A stretch of DNA of 64,000 nucleotides from Nannocystis bainbridge (GCF_028368995.1 NZ_JAQNDL010000001.1:1856001-1920000), one strand, 5' to 3'. Counted from the first letter of the stretch, positions 18,735 through 27,575 are shown. Numbers and translations are program-made. Notes: generated by a model not told the origin, from the sequence alone.

Positions 18735-20590
18735 ACCTGCTGCTCCCACCACCAGCGATCGACCGGTGGCTCCCGCTTGCTGTTCGTCCCGCAGTGGATC
18801 TCCCCCGAATTGACGTGATACGTGAAGAAGTCGTCGACGAATTCGAGGTCGACCCCGGTCAGTCCCGGCGGCCCGAGCGCCGCGCGGATGTGGCTCTCGA
18901 ACTGGCACACCCCGTCGATCATCGGCCCGAACGGCTTGGGGATCACGAGCCGCACCGTCTTGTCGGGTTTCGTCAATACCAGCATATTGACCACCCCTGG
19001 CGTATAGGCGATGAAATACGTTCGGTCCAGCATGAACAGCACCGGCAGCGGGATTATCTCGGATTCGGCGAGGTCGAGCTCTTCCATGAGCTTGGCCTTG
19101 ACGCCGTCGAGGTACTCCTGCACGATCACCTGCACGTCCATGAACGTCGCGTCGTCGAGCATCGCGTCGACTGTGCGCAGCGGGTAGTTGTCGTACAGCT
19201 CCTGCGGCGTCGCGTCGGTCGGCGGCCGATCGGCCCGCGGCGGCGGCGGCGTGAGCTGCAGCAGCGGCGTGGCGCCCTGCCGCGCCGCCCTCATTCGGCG
19301 CAGGATCGTCAACGCTTCGTTCGGGCTGGCGAGCGCGACCTTGAACTTCTTGGGCGCGTTCTTCATCGGCACGAACGTCATCACTTCGTCGACGTGGCCG
19401 ACCTCGAGCCACCCGGTGTCGAGCGTGAACGGCTCCTGGACCTGCTGCGCGCGCAGGAAATCGACGACATCGGGCTGCATGTTGCGTCGGGCGCCGCCGT
19501 CGACGTGCTCGCCGTAGACCAGGCGCCCGAACTTGTACTCCTTGCCGCGACGGCTGTGGGTAAACGGCGGCGAACACTCGAGGTTGCCGAACGAATCGAG
19601 GGTACCGCCAATGCCCGGGGGCATCGCCTGGACCCACCCGAAGCCGGGCTCGAGCATCCGCTCGCGCGGGTAGCGGTCGATGGTCCCCCACCTCATCTCG
19701 CTGCGATTGTTGGCGGTGCGCAGCACGACGGGCAGGTGGCGCGCCGCCGGGGGGCCGGTCCGCGGCAGGCTCGAGAACCCGAGCTCCATCGCGTCCTGCA
19801 ACCAGCGATCCCTGCCGTGCGGCGGCGGTGCGACCTCCGGGGCGGGCAACCCGGCGGCGGCGACCTGGGCCGCGAGGTCGCGGCGAAACTCCGCGTTGTC
19901 GATCGCCTCGCCGACGTACACCCGCGTGGTCGGGTCGAGGTGGTTGAACGCGATCCACGGCGCGACCCGCATCCGGACCTGCTCCTCGTACGTCCCGGAG
20001 CCGCCTCGCTCGATCCGCAGCTTGATCACGACCTCGCCCGTGAAGCTGCCCTGAGCGTACATCACCGCCTCGACCCCGAGCTCCTTCTCGGTGAAGTTCA
20101 GGTCCGTCAGCGGCCAGCTCAGCACCGCCGCGGTGCCGCCCTGGGCCGGGTCGCCGACCCCCGCGCCGAGCACCTGCGCGGCCCCGCTGCTGCGGCTGGC
20201 GAACACCCGCAAGCGCGGGGCATCTTCGGCCGAGACCTCGAGGAACCCGCGCCACGAGCCCGGCGCCGGCGGGTGCCCGGCCGCGCGCCGGATCACCAGC
20301 GGGGCGATGTCGTCGGGATCGGGCGCCGTGTTGATCTGCGCGTCCTCGTTGTCGCAGCAGTGCTGCCGATCCTCGTCGTCGTTGTTGCAAAGGATGATCG
20401 CGCCCTTGCTGCCGGGGCCCCACGCCCAGCGGTCGTTGTGGCTGCGATCGTCGTCGACGACGCCGTCGCGGTCGGCGTCGACGTGCAGGTGATACTCGAC
20501 CAGGCACGCCTCCATCGTATTACCCGGGCGGGTCGCCGCCGTCGGCCCGCGCTCGCTCTCTCCCCGCTGGACTCCGCCACCTAATCCCAT
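18731..20590 (-). CDS. Protein-arginine deiminase (PAD_M + PAD catalytic domain)
   Basis: DRWLQD, LDSFGNLECSPP, WLEVGHVDE and GEIHCGTN motifs; AGGAGG RBS and TGATG coupling at 20590. Confidence 0.93.
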   Translation of the reverse strand: MGLGGGVQRGESERGPTAATRPGNTMEACLVEYHLHVDADRDGVVDDDRSHNDRWAWGPGSKGAIILCNNDDEDRQHCCDNEDAQINTAPDPDDIAPLVIRRAAGHPPAPGSWRGFLEVSAEDAPRLRVFASRSSGAAQVLGAGVGDPAQGGTAAVLSWPLTDLNFTEKELGVEAVMYAQGSFTGEVVIKLRIERGGSGTYEEQVRMRVAPWIAFNHLDPTTRVYVGEAIDNAEFRRDLAAQVAAAGLPAPEVAPPPHGRDRWLQDAMELGFSSLPRTGPPAARHLPVVLRTANNRSEMRWGTIDRYPRERMLEPGFGWVQAMPPGIGGTLDSFGNLECSPPFTHSRRGKEYKFGRLVYGEHVDGGARRNMQPDVVDFLRAQQVQEPFTLDTGWLEVGHVDEVMTFVPMKNAPKKFKVALASPNEALTILRRMRAARQGATPLLQLTPPPPRADRPPTDATPQELYDNYPLRTVDAMLDDATFMDVQVIVQEYLDGVKAKLMEELDLAESEIIPLPVLFMLDRTYFIAYTPGVVNMLVLTKPDKTVRLVIPKPFGPMIDGVCQFESHIRAALGPPGLTGVDLEFVDDFFTYHVNSGEIHCGTNSKREPPVDRWWWEQQV

Positions 20591-21369
20591 CACTCCTCCT
20601 CTGCCCAGAAGCGATCGAGGCACCCGATCGCCCCGCGCAGCAGTGCTTCGATCCGCGTCCGCTCGTTCGTGTCCCCGACCTCGGCGAGCGCCCGCCTGGC
20701 CCACATGAACTGCGGATCGCCATGAAGATCGCCGCCGAAGATCACCGCGAGGCCGACGAACAGCGCCTGCCCGCGCTCGCTGATCAGCGCGAAGCTCCGC
20801 GCCTTCGCCAGCGCCTGTTCGACCGTCCGGACCAGCGCCGGCTCGCCGATGGCCTCGCACTTGGCCGGGAACACCCGGCGGAGCAGCGCCACCAGCCGGG
20901 CCCGCAGGTCGAGCCCCGCCTCGTCGCTCAGCGTGCGCTCGGGCTGCGCGAACTGCTGCAGCTCGGCCGCCGCCCGACCCGGCTGCGAGCGCCCGGCGGC
21001 GTCGAGGTCGTCGCTGGCCGTGCGGTCGAGGAAGCGCCAGGCGGCGTCGCGGAGCCGGTCGAGGCGCGCGAACTCGCCGTCGCCCGCGCGCAGCGGCTCC
21101 ACCGCCCACGCGTGCTGTGGGTCGGTGTCGAAGCCGGCGCCGAACATCAGCATCAGCTCGATGTAAATTCGCGTGCCGCGCTCGGAGACCAGCCCGTACG
21201 TCTCGGCTCGCGTGCAGCCGACGACGATCAGCTCGCCGAGCTCGGGATCGCCGACGATCCGCAGGTGCCGCGGGCTGAACCGCTTGAGGTGCGCCAGCAT
21301 GCGCGCCTCGAAGTCGGCGAGCGCCGCGCGCTCGAACGCCCCCAGTTGTGTGGCGCTGATCTTCAGCAT
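20590..21369 (-). CDS. DUF4123-associated co-adaptor-like protein with two internal repeats
   Basis: Two copies of ...RA..YG/FA..SERG......L...FG.....DPQ..WA. Confidence 0.75.
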   Translation of the reverse strand: MLKISATQLGAFERAALADFEARMLAHLKRFSPRHLRIVGDPELGELIVVGCTRAETYGLVSERGTRIYIELMLMFGAGFDTDPQHAWAVEPLRAGDGEFARLDRLRDAAWRFLDRTASDDLDAAGRSQPGRAAAELQQFAQPERTLSDEAGLDLRARLVALLRRVFPAKCEAIGEPALVRTVEQALAKARSFALISERGQALFVGLAVIFGGDLHGDPQFMWARRALAEVGDTNERTRIEALLRGAIGCLDRFWAEEE

Positions 21370-21376
21370 CGCGGAC

Positions 21377-22498
21377 TCACTCGATCACGCCCATCCGCAG
21401 GCCGTGAGTGGCTCGTTCGAACAGGACCGCGTCGACCGCTCTTCGCAGCTCCGATCTCTGCTCGGGCGTCATCACCTCGGCGAAGGTGCATAGCACCCGT
21501 GGGTCGTAGAAACGAAAGAACCTCGGCTTTGCCTCGCCCTCGACTTCGACCTTGAGGAATTGGCGAAAGTGGCGGCGGACCTTCTCGAAGCCGGCGCTGC
21601 TCTCCACATAAACACCCCAGGCGTCGCCCCAGCCCTCGGTGACGAGGCGCCGCAGCAGCCCCGAGCTCGGTTGCAGGTGGACGAGGTAGGGAGCGATGTC
21701 GTCGAAGGCGCGGCCCTGTTCGCCGTCGTAGAGGGAGGCGTAGGGGTCGATGCTCTCCTCGACGAGCTGGAGGGCGCGTTCGGAGCGGGCGGCGTCGATG
21801 ATGGCGTAGAGGTTGCCGGAGCCGCAGCGGCGCGCGAGCTCGGTGAGGGCGTCGAGGGCGGCGGCGGCGGCGTCGATGGGTTCGGGGGGCGGGGTATGGT
21901 CCTCGACGAGGAAGCGATAGGCCGTGCGGACGGCGGTCATCCAGCCGCGGTTGGCCATCTCGCCATACCATGTGGCCACACCATTGATAGCAAGGCGGTG
22001 CGTACCCTCGGCCTGGACGTGGGCGCTGACGCCGTCCCATACGATCTGAAAGTGCGGTGACCCGGCGGTGTCGCCATGGACGACAAAGTCGGCCTGAGCG
22101 CTGCCGACGGTGCGCGGGACGCCGAGGTCGAGCACGAGCTTGCGGTAGGTCTCGCGCCCGGACCACACCTGCAAGACGCCGCGGCGACGCACGGACGGAC
22201 CGTGCGGCAATTGCGGGTAGCGGCGAAATGTGTAGTCGATCTCCTCGAGCTGGTCGGCGTATTCGGGGTCGATGTCTTCGAGGTTGCGAGCCGCGAGCGG
22301 GCCGAGGGTGGTGCGCATGCGATCTTCCTCGTGAGGCACGCGGCCCTGTTTGGTCTGCTCGGCGATGAACTGGAGCTGTGCCTCGATCTGCCCGAGCAGC
22401 GGCCAGCGCGAGGGGTCGAGCGTGCGGGTGCGGCGGCGGGCCTCGACGAGCACCTGGGCGAAGGCGTCGCGCGACAGAATCCGCATCATGTCGGCCAT
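21377..22498 (-). CDS. Tsi6-like immunity domain + degenerate FHA + DUF4123 adaptor fusion
   Basis: N-terminal QLQFI...TLGPLAARNLEDIDPEYADQL resembles Tsi6. C-terminal LYAIIDAAR...APYLV...FFRFYDPRVL is the DUF4123 signature. Confidence 0.85.
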   Translation of the reverse strand: MADMMRILSRDAFAQVLVEARRRTRTLDPSRWPLLGQIEAQLQFIAEQTKQGRVPHEEDRMRTTLGPLAARNLEDIDPEYADQLEEIDYTFRRYPQLPHGPSVRRRGVLQVWSGRETYRKLVLDLGVPRTVGSAQADFVVHGDTAGSPHFQIVWDGVSAHVQAEGTHRLAINGVATWYGEMANRGWMTAVRTAYRFLVEDHTPPPEPIDAAAAALDALTELARRCGSGNLYAIIDAARSERALQLVEESIDPYASLYDGEQGRAFDDIAPYLVHLQPSSGLLRRLVTEGWGDAWGVYVESSAGFEKVRRHFRQFLKVEVEGEAKPRFFRFYDPRVLCTFAEVMTPEQRSELRRAVDAVLFERATHGLRMGVIE

Positions 22499-22507
22499 GG
22501 TGTCGCC

Positions 22508-23521
22508 TCAGACGTTGCGGCTGGAGAGGTGGAAGAGCCGCGGGACGTACACCTGCGTGCCGCCGCCCTGGCACGTGATCTGCTCACCGCGATCCGTGGC
22601 GGTGCTCGGGAAGGTCCAGGTGTCGATCACGGAGGCGGCGGTGCTCTTGAGGCCGAACGCAGGGGCTTCGCCGTACTCGACGGTTCGTCTGTCTCTTGAG
22701 ACACGTGTGCCGTCGGGCCCGGAGACGATCGCGGAGGTGCCGAGCTGCTCCGGCGTCAGGTCCGGATCGAGCGCGAAGTACTCGCCGTTGACCCCACCCG
22801 GGTAGCCGCGCTGGTGAAGCGTCCGGGCGGCGACCGCGATCACCTCGACGGGCTGCGAGAGGTCGATCGCGCGGATGTGCGAGGTCAGCCTGCTCGGCTT
22901 GAACTTCTCGCCGGCGTGGGCGGCGTAGAACTGATAGGCGACGGCGACTCTGGCGGCGACCCGTTCGGCGTCGAGCCCATCGTTCAGGTTGGGCTGGGCG
23001 GCGAGCCCCTGCTTGTTGAGCAGCGAGCTCGCCAGCAGATCGCGACCGAGCTCGGCGCCGGACGGAGGTCGGTCGTCGTCGAGGGTCGCGGTGTCGGGGT
23101 CGGGCGGGACGACCTCGGCGGAATCGTCGTGCTGGTCCATCTCCTGGCGCTTGCGCTCGCATTCCTCGCAGAAGGGGGTGCCGCGCCGGGCGGCGCCGCG
23201 GAAGGTGAAGGCCTGGGTGGAGTCGCCGATCACGACCGTCGGGCAGCCGGCGACGATCAGGTCGCCAGAAACGTGAGAACCAGGATCCGATCTGCGGGCA
23301 GCGGGACGACTGTTGATCAGCACGGTCGACGAGCCCTGCCTGATCCTGTCGGTCGGACCGACCGGAAAGCAAACGACGCTGTCCCCCTGGCGCGCGGCGG
23401 GCAAGAACCCGATGATCACGTTGGCGCTGCCGCTGAAGATCGGACCGCCGACGTGAGGGACGGGGCCGGGCTCGGCCTTCGGGCACACGTGGAAGTCGCT
23501 GATTCGAGCGGCGTCAGGCAT
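22508..23521 (-). CDS. PAAR spike protein with C-terminal Tse6/Ntox46-like NAD(P)+ glycohydrolase
   Basis: DAARISDFHVCP, PAARQGD and PAARRSD repeats; toxin motifs IDLSQPV, GEYFA, PEQLG, KSTAA..IDTW and GGGTQ. Confidence 0.88.
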   Translation of the reverse strand: MPDAARISDFHVCPKAEPGPVPHVGGPIFSGSANVIIGFLPAARQGDSVVCFPVGPTDRIRQGSSTVLINSRPAARRSDPGSHVSGDLIVAGCPTVVIGDSTQAFTFRGAARRGTPFCEECERKRQEMDQHDDSAEVVPPDPDTATLDDDRPPSGAELGRDLLASSLLNKQGLAAQPNLNDGLDAERVAARVAVAYQFYAAHAGEKFKPSRLTSHIRAIDLSQPVEVIAVAARTLHQRGYPGGVNGEYFALDPDLTPEQLGTSAIVSGPDGTRVSRDRRTVEYGEAPAFGLKSTAASVIDTWTFPSTATDRGEQITCQGGGTQVYVPRLFHLSSRNV

Positions 23522-23703
23522 GGATCCGGCGATCCTATCATAAGCCGGACGCGGCGACCCGAGACGCGTGCTGCGGCCGAATGTGGATGGCCGAGATCGC
23601 GCCGGGCGGAGGCGAACACCAGACGAGGCGAGGCTCAGGTGGGTATCGTGATACCCCAATTGACGGGCGCCGGCGATCGCGTGCATGCTCCGCGTTCGTC
23701 GGC

Positions 23704-25449
23704 GTGTCGACCTCGTTCTCACCGCAGATCGGCGAGCGCTTCGCCGGCCGCTATGAGCTCAAGTCGCCGCTCCGGAGCGAGGGCGCGGTGCGGGCGTTCC
23801 TGGCGCTCGATCACCATGCGGGCCTCGACGTCGCGCTGTTGCTGCTCGACCCGACGTGTGCGCACCCGAACGCTTGGGCTGCGTTCGCCCGGATCGTCGC
23901 CGCGGCGACGGCCAGTAAGATCGCGGGGCTGGTGCTGCCGCAGGGGGTCGCCAGCACGCCGCCAGCCCCGCCGTTCTGCCTGGCCGAGCCGCGGGTGTTC
24001 CGCGGGTTCGACAAATTGCGCGACCAGGGGCCGATGCCGTGGCGGCGCGCCCTGATGCTCGGCGAGCGCACGGCTGAGATCCTGCACGCGGCCCACGCAG
24101 CGACGGGCGTCGCTCACCGGATCCTGACGCCGTCGCGCTGCACGCTGACGATTCGCGATGACGTCAGGGTGATCGACTTCGGCGTGGCCGAGCTGGAGCT
24201 CGGCAGTCCGGACGAGGCCGGGTATCGCGCGCCGGAGCAGCGGCAAGGCGGCGGCGACTCGCGCAGCGACGCATATACGCTCGCGGTCATCCTGACCGAG
24301 CTGATCACGAATCAGAAGTCGGCCGGACAGACGCCTCCGCGGCTGCGCTCGCTCGCCGCGGTGCCGCAGCCGGTGGACGATTTCATGGCCAGGGCGTTGT
24401 CTCAGGATCCGGCGCAGCGGCCCGATCTCGCGGCGATGCGCGCCGGGCTCCGCGAGCTGCTGAGTGCCGCCGAGGCGACGACCGCGGCGGCTCCTCGGCC
24501 CAAGCCCAGACGCGATTTCTCCTCGCTCTCGATCCGCTCGGCGCCGCCGGGCGCGAGGGCGGCCCCGTCCGTGATGCCGTCGACGAAGCCGGGACCCGCA
24601 GTCGGAGTGGGCCCGGGTCTGGCGAATGTAGCGAGTCAGCCGGTACGGCCATCGTTACCCTCGATCGCGAAGGCTGCGGCTCCGCGGATGTCGAGCGCAG
24701 AGGTCTCGTTTCAGGCACCCGCGGCCTTCAAGACCGAGCTCCTCCCCCCCGCCCCGCCGACTGCGGCACCTGCGGCCTTCAAGACCGAGCTCCTCCCCCC
24801 GGTCTCATCGACTCCGGCACCTGCGCTCACTGACAGGACTGAGATCTTTCCTCCGGTCTCATCGACTCCGGCACCCCCGCTCACCGACAGGACCGAGATC
24901 TTTCCTCCGGTCTCATCGACTCCGTCCCCCCCGCTCACCGTCAGGACTGAGCTCCTCCCTCCGGTCCTGCGTTTGACGCCGGTGAATGGCGAGCGGACCG
25001 AGGTCGTGCGAGCGGACATCGCAATCGTTCGCGAAGAGCAGGCCGCACCCGAAAAATCGCTCCGAGGTTCGTTCGCGCTGGCCCAGGCGAAGGCGAGCGC
25101 AGCAGTCCTGGTGGCGAGCCCAGGAGCGGCTGCGGGCGCAGACCCGCCGACCGAGAATATCGCCGACCCACTGCCCCCCGTCGATACGACGCTGCTATTG
25201 CCGCCCGAACCGGCACGCCCGGTTCCGGCGGTCGAGCCGCCAGCTTTCGACCCGCTGCCTCCGGAACCGCAGGCTCGGTCTACCGCCGAGGTTCGACCAC
25301 CGGCCGATCGGGTTCAGGCGACGCCGTCGGCGCGATCGCCGACGATCGCTAAGCCGGTGAAAAGTTCGTTCAAGTCGACGTGGATGTGGATCGGCGCCCT
25401 ATGCCTCGCGGGGCTCGTCCTCGCAGCGCTGTGGCTGCTGATCACCTGA
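23704..25449 (+). CDS. Membrane-anchored Ser/Thr pseudokinase with Pro/Thr-rich repeats
   Basis: GRYEL, DFG and APEQ are present, but the beta3 Lys (VALLLL) and HRD (HRI) are lost; C-terminal TM. Confidence 0.8.
   Translation: MSTSFSPQIGERFAGRYELKSPLRSEGAVRAFLALDHHAGLDVALLLLDPTCAHPNAWAAFARIVAAATASKIAGLVLPQGVASTPPAPPFCLAEPRVFRGFDKLRDQGPMPWRRALMLGERTAEILHAAHAATGVAHRILTPSRCTLTIRDDVRVIDFGVAELELGSPDEAGYRAPEQRQGGGDSRSDAYTLAVILTELITNQKSAGQTPPRLRSLAAVPQPVDDFMARALSQDPAQRPDLAAMRAGLRELLSAAEATTAAAPRPKPRRDFSSLSIRSAPPGARAAPSVMPSTKPGPAVGVGPGLANVASQPVRPSLPSIAKAAAPRMSSAEVSFQAPAAFKTELLPPAPPTAAPAAFKTELLPPVSSTPAPALTDRTEIFPPVSSTPAPPLTDRTEIFPPVSSTPSPPLTVRTELLPPVLRLTPVNGERTEVVRADIAIVREEQAAPEKSLRGSFALAQAKASAAVLVASPGAAAGADPPTENIADPLPPVDTTLLLPPEPARPVPAVEPPAFDPLPPEPQARSTAEVRPPADRVQATPSARSPTIAKPVKSSFKSTWMWIGALCLAGLVLAALWLLIT
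24715..24966 (+). repeat. Coding tandem repeats (51-57 bp, about 5 units)
   Basis: Units read TE(L/I)(L/F)PP(V/A)xxTxAP. Confidence 0.85.
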
Positions 25450-25943
25450 GCGCGACGGCTCGCCCCGAGCAGACGAGGGAGCGCCCGACTATGGGCGCAG
25501 GTTGGCGCGCATCGAGGGATTGCAATTCAAGCAATGATCGCGCCGGGGCCCGGCTCCAAGAATGTCGACACCATCGATTCGCGGCAGTCGCTCGTCCACG
25601 GCCGAACTGGCAGCAAAGAAAGCTACGACAACATCCTGCGCGTTCGAATAAGACTCGGCTGCGAGAATGCCCGCACTCATCTCCGGCACTCTCGCAGCGA
25701 CCTCGTCTCCTGCGACGAGCACGGTCAGCCCGGGAGGCGCCCTCATGTCGAGAGGATCTGCAGGCGCCTCTACCGCGATGTGGAGTTGACGCGCATGATC
25801 CGCTCGAAGCCGGCCAGTCTTCATTTCGACCGCGACGCGGCCGCGTTTGCAGAAACACCGGAGAAGCCCTCTGGCGCGGAAGTGCACCCCCTCGCCAAAG
25901 CGCGCCCAAGGTAGCGTAGCTGCCCGTAGGGCGCGAGAGACCT

Positions 25944-25970
25944 GTAAACGCGACGTAAACCGGGGGTAAT
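25944..25970 (+). promoter_or_regulatory. Three GTAA(A/T) direct repeats at 11-bp period (OmpR-family-type site) upstream of the macAB-like operon
   Basis: GTAAA at 25944, GTAAA at 25955, GTAAT at 25966. Confidence 0.5.
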
Positions 25971-26029
25971 TCCGCGGCGGGGCCCGTTGCCGGGCTCCTG
26001 GGCGTTTGCTAGGTACGTACAACGAACGC

Positions 26030-27562
26030 ATGGCTCTGCCTCGCTTCCTGGCGCCGCTCCTGACCGTCGTGCTTCTCGGCGCGGGCGGTTTTTATGCTTA
26101 CCAGCGCTTCGCCGTCACCGAGGCGCCGGCGGTCGAGTACCGGACCCAGCCGGTCGAGCGCGCGCGCCTGACCGCGACGGTCACCGCCAGCGGCACGCTG
26201 TCGCCGGTCAAGACGGTCGCGGTCGGCAGCCAGGTGTCGGGGCGGATCGTCGAGCTGTTCGCCGACTTCAACTCCGAGGTCAAGAAGGGCGACGTGATCG
26301 CCCGCATCGATCCGAGCCTGTTCCAGTCGGACCTGATGAAGACCAAGGCCAGCTACAAGTCGTCGCAGGCCGCGGTGACGCGGGCGATCGCCGACCGCGA
26401 GAACGCGCGCATCAACCTCGACCGCGCCAAGCAGCTGCTCGCCGACAAGGTCGCGCCGCAGGCCGAGGTCGACGCCGCCGACGCCGCCTACAAGGTCGCC
26501 AAGGCCAGCGTGGAGTCGGCGCAGGCGGCCCTGGCGGTGTCCAAGGCGGCGATCGACACCGCCGACGTCAACCTGCTCTACACGACGATCCTCTCGCCGA
26601 TCGACGGTGTCGTGATCTCGCGCGACGTGTCGGTCGGGCAGACGGTCGCGGCCTCGCTGTCGGCGCCGCAGCTGTTCTCGATCGCCGAGGACCTCAAGGC
26701 GATGGAGGTCCACACCAACGTGGCCGAGTCCGATGTCGGCGCGCTCAAGCAGGACATGAAGGTCCGCTTCACCGTCGACGCCTACCCCAACGAGCGCTTC
26801 TTCGGCACGGTGGCGCAGATCCGCAACTCGCCGCTGACGCTGCAGAACGTGGTCACCTACGACGCGGTGGTCCGCGTCGACAACGACTCGCTCAAGCTGC
26901 GCCCCGGCATGACCGCGAGCGTGACGTTCATCGTCGACGAGCGCCGCGACGCGCTGGCCGTCCCCAACGCGGCGCTCCGCTTCACCCCGTCCGACCCGAA
27001 GCTGGCCGCGCTGGCGCCGAAGTCGGCGGGCGGCGAGCGGGGGGGCAAACGCGGGGGCAAGCGCGGCGAGGACTCCGGCGAAGCCAAGGCCGAAGAGACC
27101 AAAACCGAAGACGCCAAGACGGAAGCCGTCGACGCCAAGGCCGATGTCGCGGACGCCAAGGCCGATACGAAGAGCGCCAAGGTCGATGCCAAGGGCGCCA
27201 AGCCCGACACCAAGGCCGACGCCAAGCCCGAGGACACCAAGGCTGCCGAGGCGCCGGCCGAGGACAGCAAGGGCGAGCGGCGGCGGCGTCGCGGGCAGAG
27301 CTCGGAGCTCGACAACAACCGCACCGTGTGGGCGCTCGTCGACGGCCAGCCGAAGCCGGTGCCGGTGCAGATCGGGATCAGCGACGGGGCGATGACGGAG
27401 ATCGTCGGCGGCGAGCTGACCGAGGGCATGCTGGTGATCGTCGGCGCGACCGGGGGCGAGCCGGTGACGAAGGCGGCCACGGGGTCGCCGTTCAACACCA
27501 TGGGCGGCGCGGGCGGTCGCGGCGGCGGCGGCGGCGGCGGCGGTCGTCGCGGCGGGTTCTGA
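26030..27562 (+). CDS. MacA-like periplasmic adaptor (membrane fusion protein)
   Basis: VGSQVSGRI, SPIDGVV, LRPGMTA and VPNAALRF motifs. Confidence 0.9.
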   Translation: MALPRFLAPLLTVVLLGAGGFYAYQRFAVTEAPAVEYRTQPVERARLTATVTASGTLSPVKTVAVGSQVSGRIVELFADFNSEVKKGDVIARIDPSLFQSDLMKTKASYKSSQAAVTRAIADRENARINLDRAKQLLADKVAPQAEVDAADAAYKVAKASVESAQAALAVSKAAIDTADVNLLYTTILSPIDGVVISRDVSVGQTVAASLSAPQLFSIAEDLKAMEVHTNVAESDVGALKQDMKVRFTVDAYPNERFFGTVAQIRNSPLTLQNVVTYDAVVRVDNDSLKLRPGMTASVTFIVDERRDALAVPNAALRFTPSDPKLAALAPKSAGGERGGKRGGKRGEDSGEAKAEETKTEDAKTEAVDAKADVADAKADTKSAKVDAKGAKPDTKADAKPEDTKAAEAPAEDSKGERRRRRGQSSELDNNRTVWALVDGQPKPVPVQIGISDGAMTEIVGGELTEGMLVIVGATGGEPVTKAATGSPFNTMGGAGGRGGGGGGGGRRGGF

Positions 27563-27575
27563 ACGGAGCAGGGCG

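Noticed and set aside
25489-25860. VAVEMKTGRLRADHARQL on the minus strand faintly resembles a YhcG/PD-(D/E)xK nuclease tail
   Set aside because: The similarity is too short, with no credible start or upstream catalytic motif; blastx would be needed.
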